Assembly: GCA_032718475.1 (NCBI GenBank)
Contig: JAUCBJ010009095.1
Span: forward strand, 25,511 to 89,510
DNA length: 64,000 nucleotides
Source of the DNA: Nemertoderma westbladi
Taxonomy: Eukaryota > Animalia > Xenacoelomorpha
Reading direction: 5' to 3'
The notes beneath the pieces are model-generated. The model was not told the DNA's origin and made no database searches. It worked only from the letters and a program-made list of their open reading frames with translations. Positions 1 through 15,000 of the stretch are shown here, piece by piece. The translations under genes and the position numbers were made by a program. Position 1 is the stretch's first letter. Each line of letters opens with the position of its first letter.

Positions 1-3000
1 TAACAACTCCAGTAATAATAACAAATTCTTACCCCTCAATGTAACAACTCCAGTAATAATAACAAATTCTTACCCCTCAATGTAACAACTCCAGTAATAA
101 TAACAAATTCTTACCCCTCAATGTAACAACTCCAGTAATAATAACAAATTCTTACCCCTCAATGTAACAACTCCAGTAATAATAACAAATTCTTACCCCT
201 CAATGTAACAACTCCAGTAATAATAACAAATTCTTACCCCTCAATGTAACAACTCCAGTAATAATAACAAATTCTTACCCCTCAATGTAACAACTCCAGT
301 AATAATAACAAATTCTTACCCATCAATGTAACAACTCCAGTAATAATAACAAATTCTTACCCCTCAATGTAACAACTCCAGTAATAATAACAAATTCTTA
401 CCCCTCAATATAACAACTCCAGTAATAATAACAAATTCTTACCCCTCAATGTAACAACTCCAGTAATAATAACAAATTCTTACCCCACAATGTAACAACT
501 CCAGTAATAATAACAAATTCTTACCCCTCAATGTAACAACTCCAGTAATAATAACAAATTCTTACCCCACAATGTAACAACTCCAGTAATAATAACAAAT
601 TCTTACCCCTCAATGTAACAACTCCAGTAATAATAACAAATTCTTACCCCTCAATGTAACAACTCCAGTAATAATAACAAATTCTTACCCCTCAATGTAA
701 CTAACAACTCCAGTAATAATAACAAATTCTTACCCCTCAATGTAACAACTCCAGTAATAATAACAAATTCTTACCCCTCCATGTAACAACTCCAGTAATA
801 ATAACAAATTCTTACCCCTCAATGTAACAACTCCAGTAATAATAACAAATTCTTACCCCTCAATATAACAACTCCAGTAATAATAACAAATTCTTACCCC
901 TCAATGTAACAACTCCAGTAATAATAACAAATTCTTACCCCTCAATATAACAACTCCAGTAATAATAACAAATTCTTACCCCTCAATGTAACAACTCCAG
1001 TAATAATAACAAATTCTTACCCCTCAATGTAACAACTCCAGTAATAATAACAAATTCTTACCCCTCCATGTAACAACTCCAGTAATAATAACAAATTCTT
1101 ACCCATCAATGTAACAACTCCAATAATAATAACAAATTCTTACCCCTCAATATAACAACTCCAGTAATAATAACAAATTCTTACCCCTCAATGTAACAAC
1201 TCCAGTAATAATAACAAATTCTTACCCCTCCATGTAACAACTCCAGTAATAATAACAAATTCTTACCCATCAATGTAACAACTCCAATAATAATAACAAA
1301 TTCTTACCCCTCAATGTAACAACTCCAGTAATAATAACAAATTCTTACCCCTCCATGTAACAACTCCAGTAATAATAACAAATTCTTACCCCTCAATGTA
1401 ACAACTCCAGTAATAATAACAAATTCTTACCCTCAATATAACAACTCCAATAATAATAACAAATTCTTACCCCTCAATATAACAACTCCAGTAATAATAA
1501 CAAATTCTTACCCCTCCATGTAACAACTCCAGTAATAATAACAAATTCTTACCCTCAATATAACAACTCCAATAATAATAACAAATTCTTACCCCTCAAT
1601 ATAACAACTCCAGTAATAATAACAAATTCTTACCCCTCAATGTAACAACTCCAGTAATAATAACAAATTCTTACCCCTCAATGTAACAACTCCAGTAATA
1701 ATAACAAATTCTTACCCTCAATATAACAACTCCAGTAATAATAACAAATTCTTACCCCTCAATATAACAACTCCAGTAATAATAACAAATTCTTACCCCT
1801 CAATGTAACAACTCCAGTAATAATAACAAATTCTTACCCCTCAATATAACAACTCCAGTAATAATAACAAATTCTTACCCCTCAATGTAACAACTCCAGT
1901 AATAATAACAAATTCTTACCCCTCAATGTAACAACTCCAGTAATAATAACAAATTCTTACCCCTCAATATAACAACTCCAGTAATAATAACAAATTCTTA
2001 CCCCTCAATGTAACAACTCCAGTAATAATAACAAATTCTTACCCCTCAATGTAACAACTCCAGTAATAATAACAAATTCTTACCCCTCAATGTAACAACT
2101 CCAGTAATAATAACAAATTCTTACCCCTCAATGTAACAACTCCAGTAATAATAACAAATTCTTACCCCTCAATGTAACAACTCCAGTAATAATAACAAAT
2201 TCTTACCCCTCAATGTAACAACTCCAGTAATAATAACAAATTCTTACCCCTCAATGTAACAACTCCAGTAATAATAACAAATTCTTACCCCTCAATGTAA
2301 CAACTCCAGTAATAATAACAAATTCTTACCCCTCAATGTAACAACTCCAGTAATAATAACAAATTCTTACCCCTCAATGTAACAACTCCAGTAATAATAA
2401 CAAATTCTTACCCCTCAATGTAACAACTCCAGTAATAATAACAAATTCTTACCCATCAATGTAACAACTCCAGTAATAATAACAAATTCTTACCCCTCAA
2501 TATAACAACTCCAGTAATAATAACAAATTCTTACCCATCAATATAACAACTCCAGTAATAATAACAAATTCTTACCCCTCAATGTAACAACTCCAGTAAT
2601 AATAACAAATTCTTACCCCTCAATGTAACAACTCCAGTAATAATAACAAATTCTTACCCCTCAATGTAACAACTCCAGTAATAATAACAAATTCTTACCC
2701 CTCAATGTAACAACTCCAGTAATAATAACAAATTCTTACCCCTCAATGTAACAACTCCAGTAATAATAACAAATTCTTACCCCTCAATGTAACAACTCCA
2801 GTAATAATAACAAATTCTTACCCCTCAATGTAACAACTCCAGTAATAATAACAAATTCTTACCCCTCAATATAACAACTCCAGTAATAATAACAAATTTT
2901 TACCCCTCAATATAACAACTCCAGTAATAATAACAAATTCTTACCCATCAATATAACAACTCCAGTAATAATAACAAATTCTTACCCCTCAATGTAACAA

Positions 3001-6000
3001 CTCCAGTAATAATAACAAATTCTTACCCCTCAATGTAACAACTCCAGTAATAATAACAAATTCTTACCCCTCAATGTAACAACTCCAGTAATAATAACAA
3101 ATTCTTACCCCTCAATGTAACAACTCCAGTAATAATAACAAATTCTTACCCCTCAATGTAACAACTCCAGTAATAATAACAAATTCTTACCCCTCAATGT
3201 AACAACTCCAGTAATAATAACAAATTCTTACCCCTCAATGTAACAACTCCAGTAATAATAACAAATTCTTACCCCTCAATGTAACAACTCCAGTAATAAT
3301 AACAAATTCTTACCCCTCCATGTAACAACTCCAGTAATAATAACAAATTCTTACCCATCAATGTAACAACTCCAGTAATAATAACAAATTCTTACCCCTC
3401 AATGTAACAACTCCAGTAATAATAACAAATTCTTACCCCTCAATGTAACAACTCCAGTAATAATAACAAATTCTTACCCCTCAATGTAACAACTCCAGTA
3501 ATAATAACAAATTCTTACCCCTCAATGTAACAACTCCAGTAATAATAACAAATTCTTACCCCTCAATGTAACAACTCCAGTAATAATAACAAATTCTTAC
3601 CCCTCCATGTAACAACTCCAGTAATAATAACAAATTCTTACCCCTCAATGTAACAACTCCAGTAATAATAACAAATTCTTACCCCTCAATGTAACAACTC
3701 CAGTAATAATAACAAATTCTTACCCCTCAATGTAACAACTCCAGTAATAATAACAAATTCTTACCCATCAATGTAACAACTCCAATAATAATAACAAATT
3801 CTTACCCCTCAATGTAACAACTCCAGTAATAATAACAAATTCTTACCCCTCAATGTAACAACTCCAGTAATAATAACAAATTCTTACCCCTCCATGTAAC
3901 AACTCCAGTAATAATAACAAATTCTTACCCCTCAATGTAACAACTCCAGTAATAATAACAAATTCTTACCCCTCAATGTAACAACTCCAGTAATAATAAC
4001 AAATTCTTACCCCTCAATGTAACAACTCCAGTAATAATAACAAATTCTTACCCCTCAATGTAACAACTCCAGTAATAATAACAAATTCTTACCCCTCAAT
4101 GTAACAACTCCAGTAATAATAACAAATTCTTACCCATCAATGTAACAACTCCAGTAATAATAACAAATTCTTACCCATCAATGTAACAACTCCAGTAATA
4201 ATAACAAATTCTTACCCATCAATGTAACAACTCCAGTAATAATAACAAATTCTTACCCATCAATGTAACAACTCCAATAATAATAACAAATTCTTACCCC
4301 TCAATGTAACAACTCCAGTAATAATAACAAATTCTTACCCATCAATGTAACAACTCCAGTAATAATAACAAATTCTTACCCATCAATGTAACAACTCCAG
4401 TAATAATAACAAATTCTTACCCATCAATGTAACAACTCCAGTAATAATAACAAATTCTTACCCCTCAATGTAACAACTCCAGTAATAATAACAAATTCTT
4501 ACCCCTCAATGTAACAACTCCAGTAATAATAACAAATTCTTACCCATCAATGTAACAACTCCAATAATAATAACAAATTCTTACCCCTCAATGTAACAAC
4601 TCCAGTAATAATAACAAATTCTTACCCCTCAATGTAACAACTCCAGTAATAATAACAAATTCTTACCCATCAATGTAACAACTCCAATAATAATAACAAA
4701 TTCTTACCCCTCAATGTAACAACTCCAGTAATAATAACAAATTCTTACCCCTCAATGTAACAACTCCAGTAATAATAACAAATTCTTACCCCTCAATGTA
4801 ACAACTCCAGTAATAATAACAAATTCTTACCCCTCAATGTAACAACTCCAGTAATAATAACAAATTCTTACCCATCAATGTAACAACTCCAGTAATAATA
4901 ACAAATTCTTACCCCTCAATATAACAACTCCAGTAATAATAACAAATTCTTACCCCTCAATATAACAACTCCAGTAATAATAACAAATTCTTACCCCTCA
5001 ATATAACAACTCCAGTAATAATAACAAATTCTTACCCATCAATGTAACAACTCCAATAATAATAACAAATTCTTACCCCTCAATATAACAACTCCAGTAA
5101 TAATAACAAATTCTTACCCCTCAATGTAACAACTCCAGTAATAATAACAAATTCTTACCCCTCCATGTAACAACTCCAGTAATAATAACAAATTCTTACC
5201 CATCAATGTAACAACTCCAATAATAATAACAAATTCTTACCCCTCAATGTAACAACTCCAGTAATAATAACAAATTCTTACCCCTCAATGTAACTAACAA
5301 CTCCAGTAATAATAACAAATTCTTACCCCTCAATGTAACAACTCCAGTAATAATAACAAATTCTTACCCATCAATGTAACAACTCCAGTAATAATAACAA
5401 ATTCTTACCCCTCAATGTAACAACTCCAGTAATAATAACAAATTCTTACCCCACAATGTAACAACTCCAGTAATAATAACAAATTCTTACCCATCAATGT
5501 AACAACTCCAATAATAATAACAAATTCTTACCCCTCAATATAACAACTCCAGTAATAATAACAAATTCTTACCCCTCAATGTAACAACTCCAGTAATAAT
5601 AACAAATTCTTACCCATCAATGTAACAACTCCAATAATAATAACAAATTCTTACCCCTCAATGTAACAACTCCAGTAATAATAACAAATTCTTACCCCTC
5701 AATGTAACAACTCCAGTAATAATAACAAATTCTTACCCCTCAATGTAACAACTCCAGTAATAATAACAAATTCTTACCCCTCAATGTAACAACTCCAGTA
5801 ATAATAACAAATTCTTACCCCTCAATGTAACAACTCCAGTAATAATAACAAATTCTTACCCCTCAATGTAACAACTCCAGTAATAATAACAAATTCTTAC
5901 CCCTCAATGTAACTAACAACTCCAGTAATAATAACAAATTCTTACCCCTCAATGTAACAACTCCAGTAATAATAACAAATTCTTACCCATCAATGTAACA

Positions 6001-9000
6001 ACTCCAGTAATAATAACAAATTCTTACCCCTCAATGTAACAACTCCAGTAATAATAACAAATTCTTACCCCTCAATGTAACAACTCCAGTAATAATAACA
6101 AATTCTTACCCCTCAATGTAACAACTCCAGTAATAATAACAAATTCTTACCCCTCAATGTAACAACTCCAGTAATAATAACAAATTCTTACCCCTCAATG
6201 TAACAACTCCAGTAATAATAACAAATTCTTACCCCTCAATGTAACAACTCCAGTAATAATAACAAATTCTTACCCCTCAATGTAACAACTCCAGTAATAA
6301 TAACAAATTCTTACCCCTCAATGTAACAACTCCAGTAATAATAACAAATTCTTACCCCTCAATGTAACAACTCCAGTAATAATAACAAATTCTTACCCCT
6401 CAATGTAACAACTCCAGTAATAATAACAAATTCTTACCCCTCAATGTAACAACTCCAGTAATAATAACAAATTCTTACCCCTCAATGTAACAACTCCAGT
6501 AATAATAACAAATTCTTACCCCTCAATGTAACAACTCCAGTAATAATAACAAATTCTTACCCCTCAATGTAACAACTCCAGTAATAATAACAAATTCTTA
6601 CCCCTCAATGTAACAACTCCAGTAATAATAACAAATTCTTACCCCTCAATGTAACAACTCCAGTAATAATAACAAATTCTTACCCCTCAATGTAACAACT
6701 CCAGTAATAATAACAAATTCTTACCCCTCAATGTAACAACTCCAGTAATAATAACAAATTCTTACCCCTCAATGTAACAACTCCAGTAATAATAACAAAT
6801 TCTTACCCCTCAATGTAACAACTCCAGTAATAATAACAAATTCTTACCCCTCAATGTAACAACTCCAGTAATAATAACAAATTCTTACCCCTCAATGTAA
6901 CAACTCCAGTAATAATAACAAATTCTTACCCCTCAATGTAACAACTCCAGTAATAATAACAAATTCTTACCCCTCAATGTAACAACTCCAGTAATAATAA
7001 CAAATTCTTACCCCTCAATGTAACAACTCCAGTAATAATAACAAATTCTTACCCCTCAATGTAACAACTCCAGTAATAATAACAAATTCTTACCCCTCAA
7101 TGTAACAACTCCAGTAATAATAACAAATTCTTACCCCTCAATGTAACAACTCCAGTAATAATAACAAATTCTTACCCCTCAATGTAACAACTCCAGTAAT
7201 AATAACAAATTCTTACCCCTCAATGTAACAACTCCAGTAATAATAACAAATTCTTACCCCTCAATGTAACAACTCCAGTAATAATAACAAATTCTTACCC
7301 CTCAATGTAACAACTCCAGTAATAATAACAAATTCTTACCCCTCAATGTAACAACTCCAGTAATAATAACAAATTCTTACCCCTCAATGTAACAACTCCA
7401 GTAATAATAACAAATTCTTACCCCTCAATGTAACAACTCCAGTAATAATAACAAATTCTTACCCCTCAATGTAACAACTCCAGTAATAATAACAAATTCT
7501 TACCCCTCAATGTAACAACTCCAGTAATAATAACAAATTCTTACCCCTCAATGTAACAACTCCAGTAATAATAACAAATTCTTACCCCTCAATGTAACAA
7601 CTCCAGTAATAATAACAAATTCTTACCCCTCAATGTAACAACTCCAGTAATAATAACAAATTCTTACCCCTCAATGTAACAACTCCAGTAATAATAACAA
7701 ATTCTTACCCCTCAATGTAACAACTCCAGTAATAATAACAAATTCTTACCCCTCAATGTAACAACTCCAGTAATAATAACAAATTCTTACCCCTCAATGT
7801 AACAACTCCAGTAATAATAACAAATTCTTACCCCTCAATGTAACAACTCCAGTAATAATAACAAATTCTTACCCCTCAATGTAACAACTCCAGTAATAAT
7901 AACAAATTCTTACCCCTCAATGTAACAACTCCAGTAATAATAACAAATTCTTACCCCTCAATGTAACAACTCCAGTAATAATAACAAATTCTTACCCCTC
8001 AATGTAACAACTCCAGTAATAATAACAAATTCTTACCCCTCAATGTAACAACTCCAGTAATAATAACAAATTCTTACCCCTCAATGTAACAACTCCAGTA
8101 ATAATAACAAATTCTTACCCCTCAATGTAACAACTCCAGTAATAATAACAAATTCTTACCCCTCAATGTAACAACTCCAGTAATAATAACAAATTCTTAC
8201 CCCTCAATGTAACAACTCCAGTAATAATAACAAATTCTTACCCCTCAATGTAACAACTCCAGTAATAATAACAAATTCTTACCCCTCAATGTAACAACTC
8301 CAGTAATAATAACAAATTCTTACCCCTCAATGTAACAACTCCAGTAATAATAACAAATTCTTACCCCTCAATGTAACAACTCCAGTAATAATAACAAATT
8401 CTTACCCCTCAATGTAACAACTCCAGTAATAATAACAAATTCTTACCCCTCAATGTAACAACTCCAGTAATAATAACAAATTCTTACCCCTCAATGTAAC
8501 AACTCCAGTAATAATAACAAATTCTTACCCCTCAATGTAACAACTCCAGTAATAATAACAAATTCTTACCCCTCAATGTAACAACTCCAGTAATAATAAC
8601 AAATTCTTACCCCTCAATGTAACAACTCCAGTAATAATAACAAATTCTTACCCCTCAATGTAACAACTCCAGTAATAATAACAAATTCTTACCCCTCAAT
8701 GTAACAACTCCAGTAATAATAACAAATTCTTACCCCTCAATGTAACAACTCCAGTAATAATAACAAATTCTTACCCCTCAATGTAACAACTCCAGTAATA
8801 ATAACAAATTCTTACCCCTCAATGTAACAACTCCAGTAATAATAACAAATTCTTACCCCTCAATGTAACAACTCCAGTAATAATAACAAATTCTTACCCC
8901 TCAATGTAACAACTCCAGTAATAATAACAAATTCTTACCCCTCAATGTAACAACTCCAGTAATAATAACAAATTCTTACCCCTCAATGTAACAACTCCAG

Positions 9001-12000
9001 TAATAATAACAAATTCTTACCCCTCAATGTAACAACTCCAGTAATAATAACAAATTCTTACCCCTCAATGTAACAACTCCAGTAATAATAACAAATTCTT
9101 ACCCCTCAATGTAACAACTCCAGTAATAATAACAAATTCTTACCCCTCAATGTAACAACTCCAGTAATAATAACAAATTCTTACCCCTCAATGTAACAAC
9201 TCCAGTAATAATAACAAATTCTTACCCCTCAATGTAACAACTCCAGTAATAATAACAAATTCTTACCCCTCAATGTAACAACTCCAGTAATAATAACAAA
9301 TTCTTACCCCTCAATGTAACAACTCCAGTAATAATAACAAATTCTTACCCATCAATGTAACAACTCCAGTAATAATAACAAATTCTTACCCCTCAATGTA
9401 ACAACTCCAGTAATAATAACAAATTCTTACCCCTCAATGTAACAACTCCAGTAATAATAACAAATTCTTACCCCTCAATGTAACAACTCCAGTAATAATA
9501 ACAAATTCTTACCCCTCAATGTAACAACTCCAGTAATAATAACAAATTCTTACCCCTCAATGTAACAACTCCAGTAATAATAACAAATTCTTACCCCTCA
9601 ATGTAACAACTCCAGTAATAATAACAAATTCTTACCCCTCAATGTAACAACTCCAGTAATAATAACAAATTCTTACCCCTCAATGTAACAACTCCAGTAA
9701 TAATAACAAATTCTTACCCCTCAATGTAACAACTCCAGTAATAATAACAAATTCTTACCCCTCAATGTAACAACTCCAGTAATAATAACAAATTCTTACC
9801 CCTCAATGTAACAACTCCAGTAATAATAACAAATTCTTACCCCTCAATGTAACAACTCCAGTAATAATAACAAATTCTTACCCCTCAATGTAACAACTCC
9901 AGTAATAATAACAAATTCTTACCCCTCAATGTAACAACTCCAGTAATAATAACAAATTCTTACCCCTCAATGTAACAACTCCAGTAATAATAACAAATTC
10001 TTACCCCTCAATGTAACAACTCCAGTAATAATAACAAATTCTTACCCCTCAATGTAACAACTCCAGTAATAATAACAAATTCTTACCCCTCAATGTAACA
10101 ACTCCAGTAATAATAACAAATTCTTACCCCTCAATGTAACAACTCCAGTAATAATAACAAATTCTTACCCCTCAATGTAACAACTCCAGTAATAATAACA
10201 AATTCTTACCCCTCAATGTAACAACTCCAGTAATAATAACAAATTCTTACCCCTCAATGTAACAACTCCAGTAATAATAACAAATTCTTACCCCTCAATG
10301 TAACAACTCCAGTAATAATAACAAATTCTTACCCCTCAATGTAACAACTCCAGTAATAATAACAAATTCTTACCCCTCAATGTAACAACTCCAGTAATAA
10401 TAACAAATTCTTACCCCTCAATGTAACAACTCCAGTAATAATAACAAATTCTTACCCCTCAATGTAACAACTCCAGTAATAATAACAAATTCTTACCCCT
10501 CAATGTAACAACTCCAGTAATAATAACAAATTCTTACCCCTCAATGTAACAACTCCAGTAATAATAACAAATTCTTACCCATCAATGTAACAACTCCAGT
10601 AATAATAACAAATTCTTACCCCTCAATGTAACAACTCCAGTAATAATAACAAATTCTTACCCCTCAATGTAACAACTCCAGTAATAATAACAAATTCTTA
10701 CCCCTCAATGTAACAACTCCAGTAATAATAACAAATTCTTACCCCTCAATGTAACAACTCCAGTAATAATAACAAATTCTTACCCCTCAATGTAACAACT
10801 CCAGTAATAATAACAAATTCTTACCCATCAATGTAACAACTCCAGTAATAATAACAAATTCTTACCCCTCAATGTAACAACTCCAGTAATAATAACAAAT
10901 TCTTACCCCTCAATGTAACAACTCCAGTAATAATAACAAATTCTTACCCATCAATGTAACAACTCCAGTAATAATAACAAATTCTTACCCCTCAATGTAA
11001 CAACTCCAGTAATAATAACAAATTCTTACCCCTCAATGTAACAACTCCAGTAATAATAACAAATTCTTACCCATCAATGTAACAACTCCAGTAATAATAA
11101 CAAATTCTTACCCCTCAATGTAACAACTCCAGTAATAATAACAAATTCTTACCCCTCAATGTAACAACTCCAGTAATAATAACAAATTCTTACCCCTCAA
11201 TGTAACAACTCCAGTAATAATAACAAATTCTTACCCCTCAATGTAACAACTCCAGTAATAATAACAAATTCTTACCCCTCAATGTAACAACTCCAGTAAT
11301 AATAACAAATTCTTACCCCTCAATGTAACAACTCCAGTAATAATAACAAATTCTTACCCCTCAATGTAACAACTCCAGTAATAATAACAAATTCTTACCC
11401 CTCAATGTAACAACTCCAGTAATAATAACAAATTCTTACCCCTCAATGTAACAACTCCAGTAATAATAACAAATTCTTACCCCTCAATGTAACAACTCCA
11501 GTAATAATAACAAATTCTTACCCCTCAATGTAACAACTCCAGTAATAATAACAAATTCTTACCCCTCAATGTAACAACTCCAGTAATAATAACAAATTCT
11601 TACCCCTCAATGTAACAACTCCAGTAATAATAACAAATTCTTACCCCTCAATGTAACAACTCCAGTAATAATAACAAATTCTTACCCCTCAATGTAACAA
11701 CTCCAGTAATAATAACAAATTCTTACCCCTCAATGTAACAACTCCAGTAATAATAACAAATTCTTACCCCTCAATGTAACAACTCCAGTAATAATAACAA
11801 ATTCTTACCCATCAATGTAACAACTCCAGTAATAATAACAAATTCTTACCCCTCAATGTAACAACTCCAGTAATAATAACAAATTCTTACCCCTCAATGT
11901 AACAACTCCAGTAATAATAACAAATTCTTACCCCTCAATGTAACAACTCCAGTAATAATAACAAATTCTTACCCCTCAATGTAACAACTCCAGTAATAAT

Positions 12001-15000
12001 AACAAATTCTTACCCCTCAATGTAACAACTCCAGTAATAATAACAAATTCTTACCCCTCAATGTAACAACTCCAGTAATAATAACAAATTCTTACCCCTC
12101 AATGTAACAACTCCAGTAATAATAACAAATTCTTACCCCTCAATGTAACAACTCCAGTAATAATAACAAATTCTTACCCATCAATGTAACAACTCCAGTA
12201 ATAATAACAAATTCTTACCCCTCAATGTAACAACTCCAGTAATAATAACAAATTCTTACCCCTCAATGTAACAACTCCAGTAATAATAACAAATTCTTAC
12301 CCCTCAATGTAACAACTCCAGTAATAATAACAAATTCTTACCCCTCAATGTAACAACTCCAGTAATAATAACAAATTCTTACCCCTCAATGTAACAACTC
12401 CAGTAATAATAACAAATTCTTACCCCTCAATGTAACAACTCCAGTAATAATAACAAATTCTTACCCATCAATGTAACAACTCCAGTAATAATAACAAATT
12501 CTTACCCCTCAATGTAACAACTCCAGTAATAATAACAAATTCTTACCCCTCAATGTAACAACTCCAGTAATAATAACAAATTCTTACCCCTCAATGTAAC
12601 AACTCCAGTAATAATAACAAATTCTTACCCCTCAATGTAACAACTCCAGTAATAATAACAAATTCTTACCCCTCAATGTAACAACTCCAGTAATAATAAC
12701 AAATTCTTACCCCTCAATGTAACAACTCCAGTAATAATAACAAATTCTTACCCCTCAATGTAACAACTCCAGTAATAATAACAAATTCTTACCCCTCAAT
12801 GTAACAACTCCAGTAATAATAACAAATTCTTACCCCTCAATGTAACAACTCCAGTAATAATAACAAATTCTTACCCCTCAATGTAACAACTCCAGTAATA
12901 ATAACAAATTCTTACCCCTCAATGTAACAACTCCAGTAATAATAACAAATTCTTACCCCTCAATGTAACAACTCCAGTAATAATAACAAATTCTTACCCC
13001 TCAATGTAACAACTCCAGTAATAATAACAAATTCTTACCCCTCAATGTAACAACTCCAGTAATAATAACAAATTCTTACCCCTCAATGTAACAACTCCAG
13101 TAATAATAACAAATTCTTACCCCTCAATGTAACAACTCCAGTAATAATAACAAATTCTTACCCCTCAATGTAACAACTCCAGTAATAATAACAAATTCTT
13201 ACCCCTCAATGTAACAACTCCAGTAATAATAACAAATTCTTACCCCTCAATGTAACAACTCCAGTAATAATAACAAATTCTTACCCCTCAATGTAACAAC
13301 TCCAGTAATAATAACAAATTCTTACCCCTCAATGTAACAACTCCAGTAATAATAACAAATTCTTACCCCTCAATGTAACAACTCCAGTAATAATAACAAA
13401 TTCTTACCCCTCAATGTAACAACTCCAGTAATAATAACAAATTCTTACCCCTCAATGTAACAACTCCAGTAATAATAACAAATTCTTACCCCTCAATGTA
13501 ACAACTCCAGTAATAATAACAAATTCTTACCCCTCAATGTAACAACTCCAGTAATAATAACAAATTCTTACCCCTCAATGTAACAACTCCAGTAATAATA
13601 ACAAATTCTTACCCATCAATGTAACAACTCCAGTAATAATAACAAATTCTTACCCCTCAATGTAACAACTCCAGTAATAATAACAAATTCTTACCCCTCA
13701 ATGTAACAACTCCAGTAATAATAACAAATTCTTACCCCTCAATGTAACAACTCCAGTAATAATAACAAATTCTTACCCATCAATGTAACAACTCCAGTAA
13801 TAATAACAAATTCTTACCCATCAATGTAACAACTCCAGTAATAATAACAAATTCTTACCCCTCAATGTAACAACTCCAGTAATAATAACAAATTCTTACC
13901 CCTCAATGTAACAACTCCAGTAATAATAACAAATTCTTACCCNNNNNNNNNNNNNNNNNNNNNNNNNNNNNNNNNNNNNNNNNNNNNNNNNNNNNNNNNN
14001 NNNNNNNNNNNNNNNNNNNNNNNNNNNNNNNNNNNNNNNNNNATTCTTACCCATCAATGTAACAACTCCAGTAATAATAACAAATTCTTACCCCTCAATG
14101 TAACAACTCCAGTAATAATAACAAATTCTTACCCCTCAATGTAACAACTCCAGTAATAATAACAAATTCTTACCCATCAATGTAACAACTCCAGTAATAA
14201 TAACAAATTCTTACCCCTCAATGTAACAACTCCAGTAATAATAACAAATTCTTACCCATCAATGTAACAACTCCAGTAATAATAACAAATTCTTACCCCT
14301 CAATGTAACAACTCCAGTAATAATAACAAATTCTTACCCCTCAATGTAACAACTCCAGTAATAATAACAAATTCTTACCCCTCAATGTAACAACTCCAGT
14401 AATAATAACAAATTCTTACCCCTCAATGTAACAACTCCAGTAATAATAACAAATTCTTACCCCTCAATGTAACAACTCCAGTAATAATAACAAATTCTTA
14501 CCCCTCAATGTAACAACTCCAGTAATAATAACAAATTCTTACCCCTCAATGTAACAACTCCAGTAATAATAACAAATTCTTACCCCTCAATGTAACAACT
14601 CCAGTAATAATAACAAATTCTTACCCCTCAATGTAACAACTCCAGTAATAATAACAAATTCTTACCCCTCAATGTAACAACTCCAGTAATAATAACAAAT
14701 TCTTACCCCTCAATGTAACAACTCCAGTAATAATAACAAATTCTTACCCCTCAATGTAACAACTCCAGTAATAATAACAAATTCTTACCCCTCAATGTAA
14801 CAACTCCAGTAATAATAACAAATTCTTACCCCTCAATGTAACAACTCCAGTAATAATAACAAATTCTTACCCCTCAATGTAACAACTCCAGTAATAATAA
14901 CAAATTCTTACCCCTCAATGTAACAACTCCAGTAATAATAACAAATTCTTACCCCTCAATGTAACAACTCCAGTAATAATAACAAATTCTTACCCCTCAA